This document shows, piece after piece, positions 10,719 through 22,254 of a stretch of 64,000 bases of DNA. This DNA is from Hydrolagus colliei. Its lineage: Eukaryota. The notes below the pieces were generated by a model. It made no database searches and had not been told where the DNA came from. It saw nothing but the letters and a program-made list of their open reading frames with translations. The position numbers and the translations under genes were made by a program. How positions within the stretch are numbered: the stretch's first letter is position 1; each line of letters opens with the position of its first letter. Location: NCBI GenBank assembly GCA_035084275.1, contig CM068742.1, forward strand, positions 54,994,001 to 55,058,000, read 5' to 3'.

Positions 10719-13299
10719 TGACTAATGTAATGCAACTGTAAATTATAAATACTGAAATAGAATATTACATCTGTAAAATTAAATTATGCTTTAAAAATCC
10801 CATGCGGAAGTCAGAGGAGCTAAACTTATCGTAGAGCAAAATAGTGCGTAGCTCATGTCAATTAATTCATTACTTGGTGAATTAATTACTCAATCTCCTT
10901 TGTGTCCATCTTCAGATATATTTTGATTAATTGCTAATAACCAGAGCAAATTCTAACTCATAAAATAACACAATATGTTTCCGATTCCAGTAGCAGTGAT
11001 GACTATTAACCTAAGTTAACCCGGAGAGAAAGATGCAGTAGAAACATTAGTTCTGCTAACCCTTTTCAAGGAAAATGACAATTTAAACATACATCAAGAA
11101 ATAAAAGACCTCTGATAGACTGAATGCGTATCTATCTGATTAGAATTATCTCCTTTTGTGAATTGATGTGTAAAGGTTATAGTTAGAATTAGTGTCAGTA
11201 TTTATTTACTGAGAAATAGATTAGATATTAATGATGCAGCAGATTACTGGTTCAAACAAAACTGCATTGTTTATCATAGAAGAACCACAATAATAAGCTG
11301 TGTGCTTAGCGGTGGGTGGAATGATGCAATTTATGAACCTTGATATGCAATTTTGCTTTTACAATTGCAAGCCTCCAAGAAAAATAACGCACACACAACT
11401 TCAAGCTTACTTGAATTGTCAACAGACAAAGATTAACCTACTCTTTAAGTGTGGGGGAAAGATGCTGAAGAGTAAAGAACTTGTGGTTGATTATTTTAAA
11501 GGCAGTCAAATGATAAGATTATTAAGCACATTTATATGCAAATTGCTCAATATATTGCAGAAAATAAACCTCTAATATATTGTAATTCTTTTTCTAAATA
11601 CAGAGCTACAGAGAAGTAAAGTGTTCATCTTTCAAAGTGAATGATTGTTCAATTCATCACTTTGAAGTGTAGTAAAAATGCAACACAGACATAATTTATG
11701 AAATGTATAAGCTTTCCCATTCTAAGTTTCTCTACTCACCTTCACTCCGATCTAACTAGATATGTCTGCGATTCAGAGTAATTCAGCTGTGCCACCTCTC
11801 AGAAAAGATTGTTTTTCTCATTGCGGCTTAGAATGCAACTCAAAGCCCTAAATTCCCCACATTTTAGGCTTAAAACTGTTATTTTGAATGTAATATAATC
11901 ACGCAGAATTTTAAAAAATTAAATAAAATTGAAGCAGCTCCAAAGTTTTCCAATATGTTCTACAATACTAAAATGTTACAATTCTGTAATCTAAAGACTA
12001 AAACCTTGAGGGATTTGTAGGCTTAACCAAGAAGGTTAAGATCTTGCATCAAAGAATCCAACACCTTAACATTGTGGTGGGTGAGCTTTCTTCCGCACAA
12101 CTTTAATCACAGTTCATTTGAGACAGATGTGTGGTCTCTATGACATTCATAAGACCCCCCAAAATGTTCACTGAAATAGATTTGGATTATTCTAAATCTA
12201 ACTTTTAAGCCTATCATATCAAACCTAGTTCAAAGAATGTTGTCATCTATCCTATCATTTTAAGCATGCCTGTTATTCATCTTTATTGCACTGTATACAC
12301 AAAAAAAGTCCATGTTGTTTTGTTATGTTTGTTTTCAAATTCTTATACAGTACATGGAAAATAAATATGAACAATACCTTTGATAACTGGGGTCGCCCAT
12401 GCAATGATTCGTTTCGCAAGGCAGCAGTTCAGTAATACTGTTTTGGAGAAACAGTGCTTCTTACGAAATTCATGCAAATCTTTCTTCCATTTCTGGGTTC
12501 TTTTCTCAGGAGTAGACATAGATGTCTTGTACCACACCTTTAGCATAGGGAAATTGGCTTCAGGTGGACTAAACGACAGCATCGGCACACCCCGACCCAC
12601 TCAGGATCACACTTGGGTGAAAAATATAAAAGACTCTGCCTCAGCTAAATGGTTCCAAAAATGATAACAGTATTTTCATGAGGCAGATAGTAATAATTAA
12701 AATTAAAATGCCATTGTTTCCCTTTGGTAAGATGTACAGTATGTGAATACATGATGAAGTTGAATATGAACATATTTGTGTTGCTAAATTATTTGCATCT
12801 GGCAAATGCAATATAATCAGATATGCATTTGTCATTTCATACAATCCATCAAGTGTTTTCATGAACCATGTTTTTGGAGCAAAATTAGGGAAGATAAATT
12901 GTGGATATTTTGCTTTTTGGTTTCTTTTCCAGTGTTTATAATGAAGAAAAAAGATAATTCTGCATTCAGTAAAAACACTGTACTAGTACTATGTTAATTG
13001 ATCATTAACAAGAGAAATAACAGTTTGTTGAAGTATTTATTACTTATAATTGTGTTTGTCAATTATGCCATCTTGTTAAATTATACCTACACACTATGTA
13101 TGTGGCATAATTGCCAAAGCACATTTAAATTTGAGATCTTGAACGGTGCAACAGTGAACAGTCAACATTGGAAACTATACATATTTGAATTCAGCACAAC
13201 AGGAAATTGTCTACTTCAAAAATACGAACGTTAATTTATTATCATAATCTTCAATATCAGATATTAGTCTTGGAGAATGTTCATTGATAATTCAACAGA

Positions 13300-13540
13300 A
13301 TAATACCTGGGATGATGGGGCTTGGTTATGAAATGATGGGTTTAATTCCCTGTAGCGAGAAGGTCAAGCAATGATTTGACTAATTTATTTAAAGTAACCA
13401 TCTACTGTACTTAGATTGATTATCTACATAGAAGATGATTATTCCTTCTGGTTAAGGGATCCAAATCAAGGTGACACAACTTAAACTTAGAGCTAAGGCA
13501 GTTGATAGAGAGATGGGATTGTTACTTCACAAATAGTAAA
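13300..13540 (+). mobile_element. Decayed CR1 3' ORF fragment
   Basis: gagaaggtcaagcaatgatttgactaatttatttaaag...aaggtgacacaacttaaac resembles RRLRGDLIEV.K...RGH..KL. Confidence 0.5.
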
Positions 13541-13635
13541 GTATGTCGAGAAAAAGAAGAAAATGGGTGTTAAAGATCTGCCAAGATCTAAAACAAATGG
13601 TGGCTACAGACTCAACTGGATGAATACAGTATATA

Positions 13636-14007
13636 CAGTAAAACCTTGTTTATCTGGTACCCAAGCAACTGGCATTCTCAACCAACCGGTATCTCACAAT
13701 TGTACTGGGAGATCCGGGACACTCGTGGTATGCTCACTTTGTGCATGCGTGCAATGCATGCACATGCGCACTTATTAAACTTACCAAACTGGAATGCTTT
13801 TTTACCGATCATTTTACCGAGTGTACTGGAATGCTTTAAGTATCCATACAATCTCGTATTATTATTTGTATTATTAATATGGTATGTTTTGAAATAAGTT
13901 AATTTTGTGTGCAGGATTTTCGGCAACTTGTTGCTCGAATATCCGGCATATTTGATGAATCGGCCCCAAGCAGGTCCCGAGGTTGTCAGATAACTAAGGT
14001 TTTACTG
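13636..14007. mobile_element. Tigger/pogo-like MITE
   Basis: TIR cagtaaaaccttgtttatctg / cagataactaaggttttactg; TA TSD. Confidence 0.88.
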
Positions 14008-14029
14008 TATACTGTATATATATATTTTA

Positions 14030-14290
14030 AAATGGGACTGAAAAGCAACAACAACTTTAGTGCAAACCAAGACAGTAGAACAAGAAGACATAGGTTTAGA
14101 GTTACAAAAGTTAATTTCTGAACCAGATACTGCACTAGGAATTTTTTCTTACTCAGATGAAACCCAGGAAAGGTGGTTGAGGCCAAGATATGGACTCATG
14201 TTAAAAGGAGCTTGATGCTGTGTAGAGAGGATGTTCTGGAACGATGGGACTGGTGGACCAAAGGCCCTTTCTTATCCAAATCAATCTTTT
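14030..14290 (+). mobile_element. Decayed CR1 3' end
   Basis: agaacaagaagacataggtttagag (TRRHRF), aaggtggttgaggcc, ttaaaaggagcttgat and ggaccaaaggcccttttc. Confidence 0.55.
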
Positions 14291-16071
14291 TATTGTATAA
14301 ATTGCCACTTCATGTTCCTATTTTCCTAGACACGAGTATTATAAGATAACAAGAGAGATGTGACTACTTGTATCAGAAATATCTGATCTTACCTGACAAC
14401 CAACCCCAACATCTTCCCATTACCAATAAGTGCAAACAAAAAATGTGTGACAATCAGAAAGATAAAAAGAATATGGTACTTTAGGTTCTCATGTATGTAT
14501 ATCATTCGCCTCAGTGGATTACTGGATTACTTTTTGGTTCTCCCTCTGAAAGTCACCAAAAAAGGATGTCAAACGTTGTCCCATTTAGAAAAAATGATGC
14601 ATTTGCTCTTTAAAAAAGGGGTCAGCAAATGCGAGATTTTTTTTTGCCACCATACAATATTCACACAGAATATTTCAGTCGGTCAACTATTTCAATTGTT
14701 TATTGTATTGAGAGTACTGTATTGCATAAATGTGCAAACTCTTCAAAAGATGAAGAAAGCCACAAATTATACAACAGTGATTCTTATGCAAACATCAGAA
14801 CTCAGCATTTTCGAAAAGGAAGATTACGCTTGTGAAAAAGGTACAATAAGTTGAGGTAAAAGTTTGTAAAAAGAAACATGGATTTACTAATTGTAACTTT
14901 TTTAATACTTTAATATTGTTTAACATTGAACAGAAGGAGTCAATGAGAGAATGCTGGACATATACTATCAGGTACTGGTTATAATTTTGAGTCGCACACA
15001 TCTCATACTTTATCTGTGTTGTAAAATCCTGCTAGAAAATGCTACAAGTAACTGCCCAATCTTTTACTTCAAATGGAATCAAAGATCTGAAGAAAATACA
15101 TGTGAATAATTGTTTTATAAAAGGCAAAATTAATATTTCCTAATGATCAAATCTGAAGTGAAATGTTATTGTTATTAATGTCAAAGGTATGTTACTCATC
15201 AACTTATGCAATGAAATTGGGGGGGAAATCTTCATTGAAGAGCTTTATTTTTACCCAAAAGTGACACTGTTACACTCGTACTCATTTTGCTGAGACACAG
15301 TCTTATATATTTCTAAGTAATAGTGCTTCTAAATACAATTATTGAGGTCTATTACTACAACTATAACTCACTTGCCAGAAATTAGTCATACAGCAAAGCA
15401 CAAATCAGTATTTAACTTGATTTGAGATATAAAATTATTCACATTATTATATATTGAATTGCATAATCACAGATTTTCAAACAATACCAAATTGTAATGA
15501 TTTGAATTGATATTATCAAAGAAAAAAACTTTTGCTTCTTACCTTTGTCTTTCACTGGAATAAATCAACTATAAATTAATCTGCTCAAGACTGCAGCAAT
15601 TATTCTAACAAGAGCTTTCTTTACTCAAAGTAAAAGGCTCACCCTGTGGCTGTTATCGAAAAGCCAAGCTGCTCAATTGAGAGAAACCAAACACTGTTAG
15701 TCAGAGCCTTAAGGCTGTACTCAATTGCTCAGAAATCTGAAGTCACTCATAGCTACCAACACAGGGCTCATTCCTCCACTATAAGAAGCTTGAGAAACAC
15801 CCAATTCCATTTATCACAGTGATTTCACAGCAACTGACAACCATTTAGCAACAGCCAATCACAATTGGGGGCTAGCTGTTGAGCTCAAGACAGGGGTGGG
15901 GGGGGGTGAGGGAAGAAAATACATTACACAATGTCACTTCAACTTGACACCAACAAACCACAGAACCAAACTTGATACTGCAGCTAGTCTTACAGTAATC
16001 ACAAAGGGACCATCTCAATTAATTCGAATAAAAGCTACATGGGGGAACTTATTAAGTTCAGAAATACATTT

Positions 16072-17640
16072 ATAGATTCATAGAGTCATAGAATTTTACA
16101 GCACAAAAGGAGGCCATTCGGCCCATCTAGTCTGTGCCGGCTCTTTGAAAAGAGCGATTTAATCCCACTGCCCTGCCCGCTCCCCATAGCCTAGTAGACC
16201 TGTTCTCCCTAAATAAAGATCTAATTCCCTTTTAAAAGTTGTTATCGAATCAGCCTCCACCACCTTTTCAGGCAATGCATTCCAGATTCGAACAACTCGC
16301 TGAGTGAAAAAAATTCTCCTCAGCTCCCCTCTACTTCGCCTTGAAACTATTTTAAATCTGTGACCACGAGTCACAGATTCGCCCACGAGTGGAAATAGTT
16401 TTTCTCTATTTGCCCTGTCGAAACCCCTCATGATTTTATAAACCTCTATTAGGTCTCCTCTCAATCTTCTCTGCTCCAGAGAGAATAACCCTAGCCTATC
16501 TAGCCTCTCCTCATAGCTGAAGTCCCTCAATCCTGGCACCATCCTAGTAAATCTTCGTTGTATCCTTTCCAATGCCTTCACATCCTTTCTGTAGAGTGGT
16601 GACCAGAATTGAACACAGTATTCCAGCTGAGGCCTCACCAAAGTCTTATAGAGGTTAGTCAGCACTTCCTGACTTTTGTACTCTATACCCCTATTTATAA
16701 AGCCTAGTATCCCATATGCCTTCTTAACAGCCTTGTCTACCTGTCCTGCCACCTTCAACGAGTCACTAACACAAATCCCCAGGTCTCTCTGTTCCTTCAC
16801 ATCATTTAAAATTGTACTATCTAGCCTATATTGCCTCCCTTCATTTCTTCTCCCAAAATGCATCACCTCACACTTCTCTGCATTAAACTTCATCTGCCAT
16901 GTGTCTGCCCACTTTACCAATTTGTCTATATCCTCTTGCAGATGGCTACTATCCTCCTCACTATTTACTATTCTCCCTAACTTAGTGTCATCTGCAAACT
17001 TGGAAACTGTACTCCGTACACCCAAGTCCAGATCATTGATGTAGATTACAAACAGCAATGGTCCCAAAACTGATCCCTGTGGCACACCACTGCTCACTTC
17101 CCTCCAGTCTGAAAAACAGCCGCTCACTACAACTCTCTGCTTTCTGTCTCGCAGCCAGTTGTGGATCCACGCTGCCACTGTCCCTTTTACGCCATGGGCC
17201 CTTAATTTCCTAATAAGTCTCTCATGTGGCACTTTGTCAAATGCCTTTTGAAAGTCCATGTAAACTACATCAACTGCGCTACCATTATCCACCCATTCCG
17301 TTACCTCATCAAAAAATTCTATCAGATTTGTAAGGCAAGATTTGCCTTTAACAAATCCATGTTGACTGTCCTTTATTAGCCTATATCTTTCTAAGTGAAG
17401 ATCTACCTTGTCCCTGATTATGGACTCTAGAAGTTTGCCCACTACCGACGTTAGACTGACTGGACTGTAGTTACCAGGCTTGTCCTTCTGCCCCTTTTTA
17501 TACAAGGGAGTAACATTAGCTATCCTCCAGTCCTCTGGCACGACCCCTGTGTCCAAGGAAGATTGAAAGATCGTGGCCAGAGTCCCTGCTATTTGCTCCC
17601 GTGCCTCCCTTAGTAACCTAGGGTGCATCCCATCCGGACC
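16072..17640 (-). mobile_element. CR1 LINE, 5'-truncated, young copy
   Basis: Uninterrupted RT ORF2 C-terminal half, followed by a 3' UTR with a hairpin (ggaggccattcggcccatc on +) and a TTCTATGA-like 8-mer terminal repeat (tatagattcatagagtcatagaa on +). 5' truncation falls at the GPDG motif. Confidence 0.96.
16159..17640 (-). CDS. CR1 ORF2 reverse transcriptase domain (partial, no native start)
   Basis: About 493 codons with no stop. Motifs GPDGMHP, PVSLTSVVGKLLE, QHGF, DFQKAFDKVPH, GVPQGSVLGP, FADD, RDLG, YKTLVRPQLEY and RRLRGDLIEVYKI are typical of CR1 ORF2. Confidence 0.93.
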   Translation of the reverse strand, partial: GPDGMHPRLLREAREQIAGTLATIFQSSLDTGVVPEDWRIANVTPLYKKGQKDKPGNYSPVSLTSVVGKLLESIIRDKVDLHLERYRLIKDSQHGFVKGKSCLTNLIEFFDEVTEWVDNGSAVDVVYMDFQKAFDKVPHERLIRKLRAHGVKGTVAAWIHNWLRDRKQRVVVSGCFSDWREVSSGVPQGSVLGPLLFVIYINDLDLGVRSTVSKFADDTKLGRIVNSEEDSSHLQEDIDKLVKWADTWQMKFNAEKCEVMHFGRRNEGRQYRLDSTILNDVKEQRDLGICVSDSLKVAGQVDKAVKKAYGILGFINRGIEYKSQEVLTNLYKTLVRPQLEYCVQFWSPLYRKDVKALERIQRRFTRMVPGLRDFSYEERLDRLGLFSLEQRRLRGDLIEVYKIMRGFDRANREKLFPLVGESVTRGHRFKIVSRRSRGELRRIFFTQRVVRIWNALPEKVVEADSITTFKRELDLYLGRTGLLGYGERAGQWD

Positions 17641-17976
17641 ATTCTATGTTTCTACTTAGTAATTCTGGATGCCATCAACATTAATTGATAAAGAAAGCAT
17701 TCTTCACATCAGACCTAAGAAGTTATTACTTTGACAATATTTAGTCCAAAATGACAGTGACAAATCTTTGGATGGGAAAAACAATAAATTCTGTTCTCAA
17801 TACATGAAGGTTCAAAATTTTACTCAGATGACTTGGGTCAAAGATGCCCTCAACCTGTCATACTCTTTTGATGCAAGTAAATCAACTACCTCAAAGAATC
17901 CAAAACAAACATTCATGCCACTGGCATGAATGTTTCCCTCACTAGTTCAATAAGGATGAAGTATGGTAGAATACAT

Positions 17977-18170
17977 CAACAACAACAACAACAACAATTT
18001 ACATTTAGAGAGCACCTTTCACGTCGGGAGGACGTCCCAACAGGCGTGTGACCCGAGCTGGGAGGGGAGTGTTTGGGAAGGGGTGAAACACAAAGGGGAG
18101 GTAAAAGAGTTCGGGGTGGAACAAAAGGCACGATCGAAGAGGAAAGTCTTCAAATCGGCCTTGAAAGCCT
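17977..18170 (-). mobile_element. L2 3' tail fragment
   Basis: (CAA)n followed by tttacatttagagagcacctttcacgtcgggaggacgtccc and aaaaggcacgatcgaagaggaaagtcttc. Confidence 0.75.
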
Positions 18171-19478
18171 CATATTGCTTTCTGGACAGAAGTGTGATTG
18201 TACATTTGGTGTAAATACACACTCAACCGCTGCCAATCCTTACCTCTTGCCAACACGCACCTAAACTTTACAAGATTCGGTGAGCAGAGTGCTCCCTCCA
18301 TGGAGAAAATGCTTAATTCATTCCAAAAAATTGGCAATTTTCCCATATGTGTGTGGGGCTTCCATTAGTTTGGTTTGTTAACATGATGATGGGTTTTCAC
18401 ATATTTCCAGGTTGGACAAAACAACTTGAGAAACATAGCCTGCAAGACTATACTGTCTTAACGTTTAATATCACATAATATTATGGGGGAAAAAATAATT
18501 CAACCTTAATTAGGAAATCAGTTTTCTGCAGAAGATAAGAAGAAATGGCCTCCAAATTAAGACTGAATTGAAGAACTTTTCACAACTATGTGTAATCTTA
18601 AATGTTAAGATAACATGAAATTACCAGATATGGCTGGATGAAATTTAATGGCTTAATTAATTCTTTTCAAGAAATGTTACACTCCAGACATTTCATTCCT
18701 GTTGAGAGTTTACTTGGAGTGTACATGCACATTGTCAGTTATTACAGATAAATCTGCAAACACCCACCCACAAGGTGCAGATGAATACTGTATCTGGATT
18801 TAATGTGATTTAAAAAAAAATTCGGATTTAATTTATTGCTAGTAACAAAATTCTTGAAGCACAATTATCTCTAATGTTTCATTAATAATGGGAAAGCGAA
18901 GTGTGCAAATCTGATCCAATTTGTTTGAAATGTTTACCTATTACAGTATTCAGGACATCAAAATAGTCTCAAGCAATGATCAGAGTCAAGGACACTTACC
19001 CCGTTCATGATACTCTTGACTTTTAAAACAATCTTACAACACTGCACAACTAACTTGAATCCCGGATGCAACCTGCTGTCCTCAATTTCTACAGTGTGTA
19101 CAGTTTTCCTGTAGCAAGCACAGTAAGTTAACATCTTAATGAATGTGATGCAGATGGCATATGATAATTGCTTAGAACACACAGTTGTGCACCTGCATTA
19201 GCATCTACCAGCTGTCTATGTTCATACTATACTTCCAACCTATTTAAACACAGCAACCAGATTTTCACATCTAATGTCTCAGGTCATTCAGATAATAACA
19301 AACTATAAACATATTTTTTAATCTGTATTTAAAACACTATGAAATTTTAGAAAAGTCTTAAATTCAGGCTTAATTCTGCAAATCATCTCCTTCCAAATTA
19401 AATAGAATTTAAAATTGTTTACCAAAATTCCACACAACCTGGAATTTCAAAACAATGATCTGAGGCCTGAGAATTTTC

Positions 19479-19761
19479 GGGGAGCATTCGATAGTCTGAA
19501 GGTTCGACAGGCCGAAGGTTCGATAGTCTGAACAAACAAATTTATTTTACCTGGCGCAGTTACCGTGGTTACCGCTCGATAGTCTGAAAATAAGGTTCGT
19601 TAATCTGAACATTTCGTGCGATAGTCTGCAGGTTCATTAGTCCAAATGTTAGGGTTAGGATTAGGGTTAGTGTTACGGTTACGGTTAGAGTAAGGATTGG
19701 GGGAAGCTTCAGACTAACGAACCTTCAGATTAATGAACCTTCGGACTATCGGGCGATAACC
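19479..19761. mobile_element. Second copy of the telomere-repeat MITE
   Basis: TSD gaattttc at 19471-19478 and 19762-19769. Same architecture, with a longer degenerate TTAGGG tract at ~19648-19700. Confidence 0.85.
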
Positions 19762-20654
19762 GAATTTTCAGCCTCTGGTGCTTACAGAGTGTACCATCAG
19801 AGATCAAAAAACCTTAAGGTCTCAGGGTTAACAACATTGTCTTACAATTTAAGATTATGCATAATTTTTGAATATTGTGAAATTAAATCTTGTTTAGACA
19901 CTGGTTTTCAGCGATTTTTAAGATCAAGTCCATAAGAGATTTCTGGTCTCAGATGCAATATAATTTTAGAAGTTAATTTATTTGCACTTAGAAAATCCTT
20001 TTTGTGTTTAATTATAGCAACTTGATGATGTCTGTGCAAATTATCGCTGTGATACATAGCAAAACAAGAATTTCCCATTGTATTTTTAATTCTCTTATAA
20101 ATTTTAAATTGTTTCTGCTCCAACCATAATTTGAACTACAAAAGAAAAAGGATCAATGTCAATATTACTTTTTTTTAAGTCTAAGATTGAATTTAGATTA
20201 AGAAGAAATTATTCTTCATAATCAGTTCCAGTGGTAGAGTGATGTGGGGCACAGGAAGCTTGATTTGTACATCCTCCTCAATGTATTGGCCTGTTTCTAT
20301 GATCTGTATATGCCACAACTGGATCTAAATTAATAATAAAACAATGTTCCTTCGAAAGCTCCCAAACCATGTGTTGAGCCACTAAAGAATGTTTAAGAGA
20401 CCATTTCAAAAAGAAGCACAAATCAGTTTACAGCCACTGAATCAAACTGTTGCTGAAACTATCTTCCTAAAGGCTTCCAGATAGCCATATTATTATTCCA
20501 GAATCATGCTACAAAACTTAAATTTCACTGAATCGCTACAGGAAGCTCAGTATAAACCATGCATTATTACTGTTGTTCTCCAGTCAGTCAAAAATGTATA
20601 CTTCAAAGGTACAGCATTTTAAACTGTTACATATTTTCATATTTTTTCACACAG

Positions 20655-20880
20655 CAAGTTGTTCGGATCAGGAATACATTGCCTGAAAGAGTGGTGGAAG
20701 CTAATTCAAGAACAACTGTTTAGAGAGAAGTACTGTAGATAATTATTTGGAGTGGACAAGTTTGCAGGGCTATGGGGAGAGAGGGAGAGTGGGATTGATT
20801 TGGACAGCTCTTTTGAATAATCAGCACAAAACGGGCTGAATGGCCTCCTTCTGCGCTGTATAATTCTATGTTTCTATGAT
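20655..20880 (+). mobile_element. CR1 3' end
   Basis: gcctgaaagagtggtggaagc...gggctgaatggcctccttctgcgctgtataattctatgtttctatga. Confidence 0.82.
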
Positions 20881-22254
20881 ATATGTAAACCAAATCACAT
20901 TCATTTAACCAATAAAATAAATTAAGCAACCAAAGTATAAATGAACAAACTAAAAGGTTGTTTCTGCACAATAATAATAATCCTTGCATTTGATAACTAT
21001 TAGAAATTAAGATTACTTCACTGTAGCTTCTAAATTATTACAGTAGATTACTCTCAACTAATATGGTGCAATATGTATGGGATCACAATACACACTCAAC
21101 AGAAGAAGTGATCTGCAATGCATGTTTTCAGAAAGAACCTATGTTTATAGTTTCAGTACACTAGTAACTCTCTGGTTACAGTGCAGTCATTCTAAATGGT
21201 CTTATTGTGAATGTATATTTGCAAGTTTTTGTATATGTAAATAAGTGATGAACAATATTACCTAATTCATGCTAGATTATTAATATATATGTTGTGTTAT
21301 TTTAAAGTAGTTGCAATAATTTAAGGGTGCTCTAGTATTAAAGAACCCCTATTTTTAGGCTATTTGCTCAGTCTTCACAAAATAATTTCAGTACAAAACT
21401 ATGTGTGTTACTTGAACGATAAAGCTGTGCTTGCTTTAGCATAAGATGTATGAATACTAAATTCATTAATTTAGCATTTATGCCAAATATAAATTCAATG
21501 GCCTTAAATCATTCCATTAATGGCTCTCATCTCCTTCAGCATTGCTCTAGTCATTATAAAAATGCTGACACTGCTCCCAACAGAACAGCTAATAGTTCTT
21601 TTGGCAATTTTAGACGTTTGGCTGTATTGCACTGTGTCCTTATGATAACACATGACTGTGGCATATCCTTGTAGATGTTAAAACACCCTTGAATGTAGAA
21701 AGAAAGTGTACTTTAAGCATTCTGAATATGACGCCACTTTCTCAAGATGTGTTGCATGTGATCATTGTTAGAATGACCCAGAAGTCTACTTCTTGTATGA
21801 ATAAACTGAAGAACAGATTGTTCCTCAATGTCAGCCAAAAGTGACTGAAGGATTCGTCTTCTATGGGTTACAATGCAAGGAAGACTTGTAGAAAGTCCAT
21901 AATGATTAAGGTCCAACCAAGTTAGAAAAGTCAACCTATAGAATAGCATAAATGCTGATACTCCACAAACACCCAACGAGTGTTCTAGATTTTCACCACA
22001 ATTTTGAGAGTACATGACACAAAACATAATTTATATCAACAATAGGGACTCAAATTTAAAAAGAACAATTCCACACATATTGTGGTGATCAGAATGAGGA
22101 AGAATTCTAGATTCAACAAACAATAATACATACCGAGATACACTAAAACTGTCATAGTTTGTAAACAATGTTTCATTATCAACACAGAATATCTCATGGC
22201 CAGCCTCAAGAAATAAGAGATAACCTGAACGGGTTGAACAAAACGAGGTATTAG

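Noticed and set aside
15543-15554. 12-nt minus-strand microexon (ttccag|tgaaagacaaag|gtaag)
   Set aside because: The polypyrimidine tract is weak and there is no host gene to place it in; it cannot be distinguished from chance.
16676-17044. 122-aa plus-strand ORF
   Set aside because: It is the antisense shadow of the CR1 RT frame.
19648-19700. True telomere or chromosome-fusion relic
   Set aside because: The tract is short, single-orientation and lies inside a TSD-flanked MITE.
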